Shown here piece after piece: positions 52,301 to 62,590 of a stretch of 64,000 bases of DNA. Below the pieces are notes generated by a model. The model was not told the origin of the DNA. It did no database searches and saw nothing but the letters and a program-made list of their open reading frames with translations. Origin of the DNA: an uncultured delta proteobacterium. GTDB lineage: Bacteria > Desulfobacterota > Binatia > JACPRU01. Position 1 is the stretch's first letter. The number at the start of each line of letters is the position of its first letter. The stretch lies in assembly GCA_963745025.1 (NCBI GenBank), contig CAVUWD010000011.1, forward strand, positions 608,742-672,741, read 5' to 3'. A program made the position numbers and the translations under genes.

Positions 52301-52718
52301 TCGGCTTTCCGTAGTCGAAAGCGGCGTGCTCGCCGCGATGGCGGCGGCGCATCTCGGGCTCGGTGATCGTGCAAGGGCCTTGACGCTCGCCGACGAAGCG
52401 ATCGCCGTCTGCCGCCGGCTCGGCACCCGTTTCTGGGAGTTCTCGGCTCAACTCATTCGAATACGCGCTCTCCGTGAAACCCATGGCCTCGAGGCGGCGA
52501 GAGACATCGAGGCCGCGCTCGCCGAAGCCGACGCCTGGCTCGAGATGTCGGGCGCCAAGAGCTACGAGCCTTTCCTCCACGTCGAGCGCGCCGAGCTCGC
52601 AAGGCTCAGCGGCGACGACACCACCCGCGCGCGCGAGCTTCGCGAGGCGCACCGTCTGTTCCTCGAGATCGGCGCCCCGATCCGCGCGGCGGAGGTCCTG
52701 AAGGAGCTCGGCTCGTGA
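49357..52718 (+). pseudogene. Double zinc ribbon - adenylate/guanylate cyclase - AAA - TPR protein with frameshifts (~50000-50170, ~50945)
   Basis: CxxC x4, EGERKQVTILFADV, GDGIMALFGAP, FVGRQSE, AEPGVGKSRL, EDLHW, QAVLAARIDRL, YAFKHPL in three or more frames. Confidence 0.85.
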
Positions 52719-53117
52719 CCTGCACCGCCTGCGGCTTCGACAACTCCGCGAGCGTGAAGTTCTGCGGGAGCTGCGGGCGTCGTCCGCCATGGGATGCTCG
52801 AGCTGCGGGGCCGAGAACCCCCCGGGCTTTCGATTCTGCGGCGAATGTGGCCGGCCGCTCGCGCCAGACGAACCTCGCCCGCCGCCACCTGATCCTCGCA
52901 CCTACACCCCTAAGCACCTCGCCGACAAGATCCTCACCACCCGCAGCGCGCTCGAGGGCGAGCGCAAGCAGGTGACGGTACTCTTCGCTGACGTGAAGGG
53001 CTCGATGGATCTCGCCGAACAGCTCGATCCCGAAGAGTGGCACCGGATCCTCGACCGATTCTTCCACATCCTCACCGACGGCGTTCACTGCTTCGAGGGG
53101 ACGGTGAACCAGTTCAT
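52715..53117 (+). pseudogene. Second tandem zinc-ribbon cyclase gene, frameshifted and truncated
   Basis: GTGA overlap; CTACGFDN...FCGSC / CSSCGAEN...FCGEC, YTPKHLADKIL, EGERKQVTVLFADV; stops at GTVNQF. Confidence 0.8.
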
Positions 53118-53266
53118 GGACGGAGATCCGCGCGAAGATGCCGACGCCGAAGCTGTTCGGCAGCGGAGAATAGGGGCTTCCGGCTACGGCAGAGACTCTT
53201 GGAGTTCTTGCCGTAGCCGGAAGCCTTCCGAGGTCGACGCGCGTAAAACCGGGTCGCCGGCTGCGA

Positions 53267-55771
53267 CTACGCGCGCTTGCGAGGTTTGGCAAGGCGGCGA
53301 GGTTTTGCGAGCGCGACGAGACGCTGCGGGCCGGGAACGCCCTTGAGGCGGTGGAGCCCGCGTTCGGCCAGGCGCAAGCCGGAGCCCGCGACCAGGTCCC
53401 GCACCGTCGTCGAGGCGAGAACCTCGCCGGGCCGGGCCGTCGCCGCGATGCGCGCGGCGACGTGGACGGAGATCCCGGCGAAGCTGTCGCCGATGATCTC
53501 GCATTCCCCCGTATGCACGCCCGCTCGCGTGACGATGCCGAGAGGAGCCACCGCGTCGCGGATTGCACAAGCCGCGCGCAGCGCTGCGGCCGGTGCCTCG
53601 AACCTCGCGAGCATGCCGTCGCCGACGGTCTGCACGACGTCTCCGCCGAACTCCGTGATCCGTGCCCGCGCCACCCCGTGGAATCGGTCGAGCAAGGCGC
53701 GCCAGCGGGCGTCGCCGAGCGCCACGGCCCGTTCGGTCGAGCGAACGATGTCGACGAACAATAGAGTGGCGAGCATGCGCTCGGGGCAGAACCGGTAACC
53801 GACGCCGCTCACCGTCTCGATCGTCGACGCTCGCGGACCGAGCTTCTTCCGCAGCGATCGGATGATTACGTCGACGACGTTGCTGGCGCCGTCGCCGCGG
53901 TGGCCCCAGACCTCTTTGCGCAAGGTGTCGCGCGAAACCGCGCTTCCTTGGCGATGCATCAGAAACTGAAGCACTTGGGACTCGAGTCGGGTCAGCGCCG
54001 CGTAGCGGCCGTCGGCCTTCAGGCGCCGACCGTCCGCGTCGACGAGATCGCTTTCCTCGACGCCGAGCTCGTCGGCCGCGAACGCGGACAGCCAGCCGTC
54101 GACCGAGTCCGGCCCGAAGTCGAGCAGCGCGGAATGATAGCGAGTTGCGCCGAACGCGACGCCGCATTCCGGAAGCACACGAAAGGCGAGCTTCTGGAGC
54201 CGATCCCGCCAGGCGCTCTCGTCGCAGAACGTCGTGTACACGCGGCGGAGCCGCGGCCGTAGCTCCATGTACGTGCGTTTGATGTCGAGGAAGCAAGCGG
54301 CTTGAACCGCCGAGGGGCATTCTCCCTCCTGGTCGGCGAGCCAGCGTCGAAGGAAGAGCGTACGCTGGCTCGAGTCCGTGGGCATGGACCGCTCGTGTGC
54401 CAGCCACTGGCGGACGAGCGGGTCGTCTTGAGACGGGCTCCAGCGGTCGAGCGCGGCGCGCTCGAACATGCAGTAGAAGCCGCATGGCGTGCCGCTGCCG
54501 TCGCGCACGACGTGGAAGGCCGTCGGCAGCGCTCTCCACCAGCTTCTCAGCGCGGCCGCGCCCTCCCCGCTCTCGTGGCGATCGATGATCGCTTCGATCG
54601 ACGGGCTGTCCTCGCGGCGAGCGGGCTCGACGATCAGACGGTGCGCTTCGCTCGGGAAGAACGCGTCGCGCACGATCGGATTCTCGATCAGGTACAGGAG
54701 ATCGGCGGTATAGCGCCACAGCTCCGCTAAACCGGCCGACCGGACTTCCGTGCGAAGCTGCCGCCACGCGGCGCGGCGACGCGCCCGGTAGACGGCCGGA
54801 TCGCTGGAGCGCAGCGCGGCCGCGACGGCGGAGCGTACCGCTTCGTGGATAAACAAGCCGTCTCGGTCGTGCTCGACGAAAGGCAATGACGCCAATCGCT
54901 CGAAGCCTTCGTCGCCGGCGCCGGCAGGCAACATCGCCCGCAGCAAGGAACGCGTCGTCCGGCGCACGACCGCGGCGGCGTTCAGCGCCTCGAGCGTTTG
55001 CGGATCGTCGATGTCGGCGAGGTAGCGGCGCACGAGCTGTTCGACGACGCCATGCGCGGCAACTCCTTCGACGTCCGCTGCCGACGCGCGCTCGAAGGTC
55101 TGAGCGGCGAGCTTCAAGGCCAGCGGATGGCCTCGCGCGAATCGGTTGATGCGTCCGGCGTCCGATGTCGAGACGCCGATGCGACGCAACAGCTCGCCGG
55201 CTTCCGTCTCGTTCAACGGCCGCAGCGCGATGCTACAAAAGAGCCCCGCCCATTCGGGCGCGGTGCTCCAAGCCGAAACCGCCGGTTGACGCCCCGCGAG
55301 CACCAGCCGCGCATTGTCGGGCAACGCGGGTACGAACGACTGTCGAATCCATGTGTCCGCCAGTCGGAAGACCTCGTAGTTGTCGAGCGCCAGCACGACC
55401 CGTTTACCGAGGCGGCGCATCCTCCCCGTCAATCCGCCGAGCGCTTTCACCCGCGCGCCGAGGATCAATGCGACCGCGTGTACCAAGCCGCGCTCGGTGG
55501 GCTCGACGCCGCGGCAATCGAGGCGCAGCAATGCGGTAGAGCGCAAGCGCCGGGCGCGGCGCGCGAATGCATCGAGAAGCGCCGTCTTGCCGACGCCGCC
55601 GATGCCATGGATGTGCACGACCAGCGGACCCGCTTCGGCGAAGACGGTGTCGAGCAGCGAGAGCTCGGCGCTGCGGCCGACGAAGGCGTCGGCGGCCCGA
55701 GATTCGAGGAGCTGATTCAGGCGCGTCGCCATCCGCTGCGAAACCTTATCATGGGCGGAGCCGAGCGGCAT
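53267..55771 (-). CDS. STAND ATPase - winged helix - cyclase fusion, copy B
   Basis: 834 aa, identical to copy A except LRLWW->LRSWW as far as seen. Confidence 0.88.
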   Translation of the reverse strand: MPLGSAHDKVSQRMATRLNQLLESRAADAFVGRSAELSLLDTVFAEAGPLVVHIHGIGGVGKTALLDAFARRARRLRSTALLRLDCRGVEPTERGLVHAVALILGARVKALGGLTGRMRRLGKRVVLALDNYEVFRLADTWIRQSFVPALPDNARLVLAGRQPAVSAWSTAPEWAGLFCSIALRPLNETEAGELLRRIGVSTSDAGRINRFARGHPLALKLAAQTFERASAADVEGVAAHGVVEQLVRRYLADIDDPQTLEALNAAAVVRRTTRSLLRAMLPAGAGDEGFERLASLPFVEHDRDGLFIHEAVRSAVAAALRSSDPAVYRARRRAAWRQLRTEVRSAGLAELWRYTADLLYLIENPIVRDAFFPSEAHRLIVEPARREDSPSIEAIIDRHESGEGAAALRSWWRALPTAFHVVRDGSGTPCGFYCMFERAALDRWSPSQDDPLVRQWLAHERSMPTDSSQRTLFLRRWLADQEGECPSAVQAACFLDIKRTYMELRPRLRRVYTTFCDESAWRDRLQKLAFRVLPECGVAFGATRYHSALLDFGPDSVDGWLSAFAADELGVEESDLVDADGRRLKADGRYAALTRLESQVLQFLMHRQGSAVSRDTLRKEVWGHRGDGASNVVDVIIRSLRKKLGPRASTIETVSGVGYRFCPERMLATLLFVDIVRSTERAVALGDARWRALLDRFHGVARARITEFGGDVVQTVGDGMLARFEAPAAALRAACAIRDAVAPLGIVTRAGVHTGECEIIGDSFAGISVHVAARIAATARPGEVLASTTVRDLVAGSGLRLAERGLHRLKGVPGPQRLVALAKPRRLAKPRKRA

Positions 55772-55813
55772 CCCAGTGCGACGCCGCTCGGCACGTTCTG
55801 CATGTCTTGCACT

Positions 55814-56038
55814 TTACGCGGCGCGCCCCGCGGCGAGGGCCTTGACGTCCCGCGCTGCGAGCGGCTTGCCGCCGATCGCCCAGTCGCCGCCCCGGACCTC
55901 TTCGATGACCACCCATGTCACGGGCCGCAGGTTCTCTCCTTCCACGGCCACCATCGCGTCGGTCAGCTTCTCCACCATCGCTCGCTTTTGGTTCTCGTCA
56001 AACACACCCTCGATCACCTTCACGTTGACTAGAGGCAT
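55814..56038 (-). CDS. 4-oxalocrotonate tautomerase family protein, copy B
   Basis: Identical MPLVNVK... translation. Confidence 0.9.
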   Translation of the reverse strand: MPLVNVKVIEGVFDENQKRAMVEKLTDAMVAVEGENLRPVTWVVIEEVRGGDWAIGGKPLAARDVKALAAGRAA

Positions 56039-56575
56039 TGCAGTCTCCCTTTCCGGCGCGTCTGCGCCGCGGCTCTGCTCGGCGACATGCCGAGCGTGAT
56101 GGCCGGACACTACCGCGTCGCGCGGCCGTGATCGTCGCTTGGAAATGAGATTTTTATGAGAACCGGTCTCGAGGAGAGCCCGAACGATGAAAAGGGGATT
56201 GCCGCCCGTGCGCTCCTGGACCTTGTTGGCATCTCGCAAGTAAGGTGCGATCGGAACTGAGTGATCTTCCGCAACAACAAGTCGCGATGGATCGGAGGGG
56301 CCGAGTTCCCGATCGCTGCCTTCATGATCGCGGCGACTTTTCGAATCCCGGCAGGCATTCGAGGGTTCAGGCGGTAGGCATCCCTACGAGCTCCGCAGCA
56401 CGATCCATACGGACTCGCCGCGAGGCAGTCCGGGCGGAAGCTCAACGCAGGGCGGCAGGCACGGCCAGCTTGGGAAACCTCTTTGGCGATATGGTGGCTC
56501 CCAGCTGACACGGCCTGCCGCCCTGCTTTTCCAAAGATCACCCAGCCGGGTGCTCCCAAGCTGGGGACATTGCGG

Positions 56576-57169
56576 CTACGGGGCCGGAAGCGCGTCGGTG
56601 TTGGCGGAGTTGAAGGCCTGGACACCCGCCTCGTTGTCTCCGTCGAACGGCGTAACGGGGCTGTTGGCCCCGAGGCAGAAGTCGTCGCCCGCCGGGTCGG
56701 CGAACCAGACGCCGACCTGGTTGAGATCGACGCGCACGCGGTGGCCGTCGACGAGCGTGGACGAGAAGGCCTCCTGGACGATTAGCTTGAAAGTGTTCTG
56801 GCCGTTTCCGTTCTCGTTGGTGCGGAAGTCGCCGATGTACTCGGCCGCGCCGAACGGCGCTCCGGCCTGCTCAAGCAAGAAGACCGCGTAGTCTCGGTTG
56901 GGGGGCAGGTTATGGGCACGGATCTGGAACCTGTCGAAGCCGGCCTTTTCGGTGTCGAGTTCCACCCTGACGTCCAGCGTGGCGTCGGGCATACACTCTG
57001 CCAGCTGCGCAGAGGATGGGGTCAGCTCCAGCTTCTCGACGTCGGCAGGGTGCGCCGCGTCGTTCGCTGAGGCCAGCGGCGGTCTTGCGACCGCTACGGT
57101 CAGGCTGAGAGCAGCCACGCCGGCGAAGAGGAGCGTGGGCGGACGGGCGAACCTTTCGGAAGTCTTCAT
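56576..57169 (-). CDS. Secreted hypothetical protein, copy B
   Basis: 197 aa, a handful of substitutions versus 33222-33815. Confidence 0.8.
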   Translation of the reverse strand: MKTSERFARPPTLLFAGVAALSLTVAVARPPLASANDAAHPADVEKLELTPSSAQLAECMPDATLDVRVELDTEKAGFDRFQIRAHNLPPNRDYAVFLLEQAGAPFGAAEYIGDFRTNENGNGQNTFKLIVQEAFSSTLVDGHRVRVDLNQVGVWFADPAGDDFCLGANSPVTPFDGDNEAGVQAFNSANTDALPAP

Positions 57170-57239
57170 ACAAGTCTCCTTTGGCGCTGCGTGCGCCGGT
57201 TTTGAGTCGAGGGCGGCGAAAGTGCCGCTCGGCTACTGA

Positions 57240-57335
57240 TTACGGATGGATGAGGCGAAAGTTTCGGATCGCGACTGAGATCGACGGGTTGACTTAGCTC
57301 TTGGACGGAGAAACTTTGGTCGCCCGGTTTCGTAT
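57240..57335. promoter_or_regulatory. Divergent pair of ECF promoters GAAAC-N16-CGTA
   Basis: Minus 57265-57240 toward the secreted gene; plus 57310-57335 toward the sigma gene. Confidence 0.62.
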
Positions 57336-57337
57336 CT

Positions 57338-57949
57338 ATGCTAGGGAAGAGCACCGAGCGTGTTGTGGCAAAACCAGGCGTTGACGGCGCGGACGCAGCC
57401 ATGGAGCGCTACTCCAAGGGTGATGAGGCTGCGTTTGCCGAATTGTACGATGCGATCGCGCCGCGCCTGCTTGGCTTCTTGCGCAAAGCCACGAGGGATC
57501 ACGCCGCTGCGGAGGACTTGATGCAACAGACGCTCCTGCAGATTCACCGGGAGCGCGGGTCATTCATACCGGGTGCCCGTGTGATGCCGTGGGCCTATGC
57601 GATCGCGCGGCGACTGATGATCGACAGCGCTCGACGGCGCCGCGTGGAGCAGCGCCTATTCTCGGAGGCTCCGGCCGACGACGATCGGATGACGTACGAA
57701 CCGACCGCAGCGATGGCTGCCGCCGACGATCTCTTGCACGCGCGCCGCCTGGAGGGGCGCGTCCGGCAGCGGCTCGATGCCCTCCCCGAGGCCCAACGCA
57801 CCGCGTACCAACTTCTCCAGCAGGAAGGCCTGAGTCTCAAAGAAGCTGCGGAAGTATTGGGAACGTCGGTGACCGCCGTGAAGCTGAGAACCCATCGAGC
57901 CTACCAGGCTTTGCGTGCCGTGTTTCGCGAAGCGGGAGAAACGCCGTGA
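57338..57949 (+). CDS. ECF sigma factor, copy B (SigF-like, NrsF-coupled)
   Basis: Complete regions 2 and 4; GTGA overlap with the anti-sigma. The true start is probably GTG 57365 or ATG 57401. Confidence 0.9.
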   Translation: MLGKSTERVVAKPGVDGADAAMERYSKGDEAAFAELYDAIAPRLLGFLRKATRDHAAAEDLMQQTLLQIHRERGSFIPGARVMPWAYAIARRLMIDSARRRRVEQRLFSEAPADDDRMTYEPTAAMAAADDLLHARRLEGRVRQRLDALPEAQRTAYQLLQQEGLSLKEAAEVLGTSVTAVKLRTHRAYQALRAVFREAGETP

Positions 57950-58638
57950 GCGCGGAACTCAGGGCGCGGGTGTTGGCGGCGGCCGCGGCGGAGCCGTCGC
58001 CGACGCGCGCAGCGGTCAAGCGCCGCAACATGTTCATCAGTGTGGTCGCGGCCGCTAGCGGTATTGGCGCGTTTGTGATCTTCGCGCTGCTCATGTCGCA
58101 GGGCAAGTTGTTGGGGCTTGGCGGCGAGGTCGCGCCGTCGCAACACTTGGAGCGATCGGTCTGGCTTGTCGTGACGACGGCCGGTGGTGCAATGGGTGTT
58201 ACCGCGACGGCTTTGTGGGTCGCACTCGGGAGAGGCCGATCGATGCTCGGACGGCCTCGCAGCTGGCTTCTTTACGGAGCCGTTCTGATACCGATCGGTC
58301 TGTTTGCGTGGAAGGTGGGCTGGAGCATGGCGTTCGGCGACGCGATGGTGGCGTGGCCGGAACGGCCTGGGTGGCGGTGCCTTTCGTTGTCGCTCCTCGT
58401 CGCGGTTGGGCCTCTGTTGTCTTTCCTCGCCATACGCCGGAGCGCCCCCGTGCAGCCCGCGCTCAACGGCGCGGTAATGGGACTTGCAGCCGGCGCCTGC
58501 GCGTGGGTCGCAGTTGACCTCTGGTGTCCGGTTGCCTTTGTGCCGCACTTGCTGCTCGGCCACGTCCTGCCGCTGTTTGTTCTCGCCGGCGCGGGCGCGC
58601 TGCTCGGGCAGGCGCTCCTGTCGCTCAGGCGTCGCTAA
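57946..58638 (+). CDS. nrsF: NrsF / DUF1109-like membrane anti-sigma factor
   Basis: GTG start coupled to sigma; ~6 TM; WRCL, GAVMGLAAGA...DLWCP...HLLLGHVLP motif. Confidence 0.78.
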   Translation: MSAELRARVLAAAAAEPSPTRAAVKRRNMFISVVAAASGIGAFVIFALLMSQGKLLGLGGEVAPSQHLERSVWLVVTTAGGAMGVTATALWVALGRGRSMLGRPRSWLLYGAVLIPIGLFAWKVGWSMAFGDAMVAWPERPGWRCLSLSLLVAVGPLLSFLAIRRSAPVQPALNGAVMGLAAGACAWVAVDLWCPVAFVPHLLLGHVLPLFVLAGAGALLGQALLSLRRR

Positions 58639-58639
58639 G

Positions 58640-59060
58640 CGGCGAAGGTCTTCCTGGAGCGACAGCGCCGCGTAGCAAGCGCGCGCCGCGTGGGCCTCGT
58701 GCGCGATCGGCGCCCCGAAGAAGGCCATGATCCCGTCGCCCATGTACTGATTGACCGTTCCCTCGAAGCGGTGAAACTCCGTCGATGAGGATCTGGACGA
58801 AGCGGTCAAGAATCCCGTGCCACCTCTCGGGATCGACTTGCTCGGCCAGCGCCATGGAGCCTTGCACGTCGGCGAAGAGCACCGTCACCTGCTTGCGCTC
58901 GCCTTCGAGGGCGCTGCGGGAGGTGAGGATCTTCTCGGCGAGGTGCCTCGGAGTGTAGGACCGGGGGTCAGGTGCGGACGAGGGCTTCGGTGCTCACCGA
59001 GGCGCCGCCCGCACTCACCGCAGAACTTTATGCCGCTCGCGTTCTCGAAGCGGCAGGTCG
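58640..59060 (-). pseudogene. Third zinc-ribbon cyclase N-terminal remnant
   Basis: CRFENASGIKFCGEC, DPRSYTPRHLAEKIL, EGERKQVTVLFADV, frameshift, HRFEGTVNQYMGDGIMAFFGAPIAHE. Confidence 0.78.
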
Positions 59061-59384
59061 GGTAACGGATCGACGAGCTCTGGAGCCGTCAGCAGCCATA
59101 GACCCTCTCGCCATGCGGATTCAAGGCACAGACGCGGGCACGTCACAAAGGCCCCGCTCATTCGGCAGGCTGTCGGCTACAACGCCTGGGCCTCCCGCTC
59201 ACATCGCGTCAGAGGATCGGCAACGATCGATCGGTCATTGCGGTCGGCATGCACTCCGCGAGAGCTCGCACCGGCGCATACAGGAAGAGGACATCGCCGG
59301 GTAACCGACGAGGTCGGGCCGGAAGGGCGCGATCTTATCCGTTGACCTGTCGGGTTGACCACCGGCGAAGCGCGTTCTGCTGCC

Positions 59385-60098
59385 TTATCCCTCCACCTGC
59401 TGCACTACGCCGCCGCCGATCGTCCCATCCTCGTTTACCGATCCGGTCACGTGCACCCGTTCTCCGTCCCGCAGGCTTTGGCAGCCAATGGGATCGCCGC
59501 GGGCGTCCTCGAGCGAGGACGTGTTCGGGCGTACGGTATAGGTGTCGGTGTCGGTCGGACTCTTGTGGGTGCTGACCAGCGTGAGCGCGTCGCCGGAGCA
59601 ATCGATCTGCGTGAGTGATCCCTCGAAGTCGACAGTCTGACTCTCCGGAATGGCTTGGCCGCTCGGGTTGTCGATCCGAACGTTATTGAGGGTCAGGGTA
59701 CCGCCCGCCGGGATGTTGACCGCGGTCCGCGCGGAGAGCCCGTCGTCGGCGCGTTGGAAAAGGAGAGAGAGCTGTCCCTCGAAGTCTCCATCAAACGAGA
59801 AGACGCCGTTCGCGTCCGTCTCGCCCGTCGCGCTCGTTCCCTCGAGCGTGACCACAATTCCCTCGAGTTCGGTGCGCGCCGAGGCTACCGACTCCATCCT
59901 AAAGGAACGTCGAAGCACGGCCAGGAGAGTCTTCGCCCTCCCTCGATGCGGCATGAGGAGAGCCGCCATCTGTACGCTATCGACGTTGCCCTGAGCCGTC
60001 GCGATGCCGCTGCCCCTCGAGCCACCATCCATGGCGCACGAGCAGCATCCGAGCATCAGGATGCATGGCAGCAAAAGCGCTCGTCTCCATTCCATCAT
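59385..60098 (-). CDS. Probable lipoprotein with DUF5666-like C-terminal domain
   Basis: Lipobox-like MLGC, GSRGSGI motif, TDANGVF beta domain, DFEGSL...LRDGERVHVTG; coupled to the upstream gene. Confidence 0.65.
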   Translation of the reverse strand: MMEWRRALLLPCILMLGCCSCAMDGGSRGSGIATAQGNVDSVQMAALLMPHRGRAKTLLAVLRRSFRMESVASARTELEGIVVTLEGTSATGETDANGVFSFDGDFEGQLSLLFQRADDGLSARTAVNIPAGGTLTLNNVRIDNPSGQAIPESQTVDFEGSLTQIDCSGDALTLVSTHKSPTDTDTYTVRPNTSSLEDARGDPIGCQSLRDGERVHVTGSVNEDGTIGGGVVQQVEG

Positions 60099-60979
60099 TT
60101 GGCCTCGTGGGTCTTCGCTTCCCCCGCCGGCTGCAAAAGGGTACCCGACTTTGCCTTCTCGCCATCACCGGCTGATTCGAAGAAGTAGACCCCAATCCCT
60201 GCGTAGTGTCGACCGCCGCCCGGCGCCTTGGGATTGCGATCTCGGTCGTATCGCGAGAGCAGGCGATTCACGCGTCGAAGGAATCGTTCCCCCTCGCGGC
60301 GCATCTGTGCTCGGATCCGTGCAGCGGCGTCTTTGCCCAGGTTATCGTAAAAGACCTTGCGTTGGAGGAGCAACTCCTCACTCTCGCCGAGGATGTTGCG
60401 GAGGATCGTCTCGACCAGCTCCGCCGGGTCTTCTGCGAGGATCTGGAGTTTTTCCTCTGACTCGAGCCTCGGAACGTAGGCGTCGCTCTTGAGCACGACG
60501 ATCTCTCCGGAGCGTATCTCCGCCGCACCGCTGCGTACCAGCTCGTCGAGGAGGATGCGTGGAGCCAGGTCTCCCGTGACTCTACGCGCGAGCTTCATGA
60601 AGGTCGGCCCGCGCGCGGCGTGATACGGAAGGGGACGGGGCCGACCGGAGCGGTCCGAGGTCTGCGGGTCGGTGCGCCAGCGGCTGATCAGGCTCGTCAC
60701 ATGGTTGATGCTGAAGGAGCGTGGAGCTTTGGCCCGCTGGTCCTGCGAGCGAATCCGTCGGACCTCCCCGCGGTTGATGCCAGTAACCAAAGCGATTCGG
60801 CTGTCTGTCTGACGCCGTCCCGGGAGCGCGAGCTCCCGCTCCCCCACTTCCACGAACAGTTCGCGCAGCCGCGCCTCGACTCGTCCGAACGGGACCCCCG
60901 AGGCGAGCAGGCGCTTCACGAGCGGGCGCACCGTGTCTGCCAGCGCACCGATCAATCCGTCGCGGACATCGACCGCCAT
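60095..60979 (-). CDS. DUF6502-family protein
   Basis: RPLVKRLLASGV, TDSRIALVTGINRGEVRR (HTH-like), WRTDP, PRPLP, RILLDELVRSG, QRKVFYDNL, GIGVYFFE. Confidence 0.78.
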   Translation of the reverse strand: MAVDVRDGLIGALADTVRPLVKRLLASGVPFGRVEARLRELFVEVGERELALPGRRQTDSRIALVTGINRGEVRRIRSQDQRAKAPRSFSINHVTSLISRWRTDPQTSDRSGRPRPLPYHAARGPTFMKLARRVTGDLAPRILLDELVRSGAAEIRSGEIVVLKSDAYVPRLESEEKLQILAEDPAELVETILRNILGESEELLLQRKVFYDNLGKDAAARIRAQMRREGERFLRRVNRLLSRYDRDRNPKAPGGGRHYAGIGVYFFESAGDGEKAKSGTLLQPAGEAKTHEAK

Positions 60980-61131
60980 GGCGCCGCACTCTACCTGGTC
61001 GAACGCGGAATGCCAAGAAAAAGGAAAAAAATGACTTTTCCTTCTTGCGTCGACTGCTAGACGGGCGTAGGAGATCTGTGAAGTGAATTATTTACTTTTC
61101 TAACTCGTCTGCAGGATAGGAGGAATTGATC

Positions 61132-62590
61132 ATGGAGAAGAAAACGAGAGGAGACGGGACCGCGAGGCTTGCCGCGCTAGCGATCCTCGGCGGCACGATG
61201 CTGATTCCGTCGGTCGCGCGCGCGAAGCACCAGCAGCTCCCACCCCCGTGTCACTCCAACCCCGACGCGAGCCGCGACACGGAGAGCGTACGCAATCGAA
61301 AGGACGTCAAGTCGCTACCCGACCCGCTCCGCGAGCGGCTCGGCGAACTGGCCGGGCGACCGCACAGTGTCCTCCCCGTCCAGGCCTTCGCCGAAGCGGA
61401 TCACCCGAGCCAACTCTTCCAATATTACTTGCTGGACACGACCGGCTTCGAGCCGAACCCGTTCACGCACCTCTTTCCCGGGTTGAACGACCAAGTGATG
61501 CTGACGGCGGCAGGATCAAATTGCGGTCTGCCGACCATCGGCAGCGTACGCGAGGTGCTCGAGCCGAAGCCGGACCTGCCGACCGACCCCAACGACGTCC
61601 GCGCCTTCATCGACGTGTTCACCGACATCGACAGCCTCTTCGTCATCAACAACGAGAGCGGCTGGTACGAGGGATGGATGATCCACGACCTGACGGTGCC
61701 AGAGGTCGGCCCGCCGCGCGGACGGACACGCGCAGTTCGGACGGTTGGAGCAAGCCGACGCTGAGGCTCTCAAAGCAATCGGGGGCGGGAACAACGTAAA
61801 GGGGCACGTCTTCACCGTGGACGGCGAAGCGCCGCGCCTGCCGAGCGCGTCGGATCACTTCCCCGACACGCAGACGAACGTCGTGCCCATCCAGCTCAGC
61901 ATGGGCGCGTACAACTGCTTACAGCAGAGTGATTGCCACTCGTACTGGGAGTTCAACTACACGACGAACTGGATCCATCCGCTCTACGAGCTGCCGTTCA
62001 CGGGAGGGATTCCCGGCACCTTCGAGGCGGGCCAGATCGGGGCGCTCTCATCGCTGATTCCCGGGTCGGGACCGCATGGGATCAAGAACGATCCGGTGAG
62101 GTACGGTGACAACCCGAATACGACAGGCGTGATCCAAGGCGTCGGCCCGCGCGACCCGGACCGCTTCGACGGCGACGACGATGCGCAGCGGGAGTTCCGC
62201 ATGCGCTTCATCCCGAGCGGTCTCGCCAACGAGATCTTCCTGGACGTCTACGAGCGCCTGGTCTCGTTCGATCCGGGCGTGACGGACTTCGCGACGCGGC
62301 TCTTCGATGCCTACCGCGAAGAAGTCGCTCGCGTGGATCAGGACCACGACGGCGTAATCTCAGCGGTCGAAGGCGACGTGGACACGCCAACCGACGGGTT
62401 CGCGGACAACGCGCGGTTGTTTCTCCCGGCCACGGCGTTCGACCGCTTCGCCGTGACCCGCGAGATCAACGACGGGATGCTGGCGCCGCGGTTCGCGCCG
62501 AGCCAGCGTGCCTGGGTGCTTTCCGGAAGCCTCGTTCCGGTTCAGCCCGCCGTACCGGCATCCACCCGACGCGACGGCGACGACCGCTAG
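61132..62590 (+). pseudogene. Secreted EF-hand-motif protein, copy B, with 2-nt deletion frameshift near 61718
   Basis: CCGCCGCGGGCGGAC (copy A) versus CCGCCGCGCGGAC; different 5' signal region with SD AGGAGG. Confidence 0.8.

Larger units (their letters stand above)
53249..56165 (-). repeat. 2917-bp near-identical inverted repeat, arm 2
   Basis: Reverse complement of 36919-39835. Confidence 0.92.
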
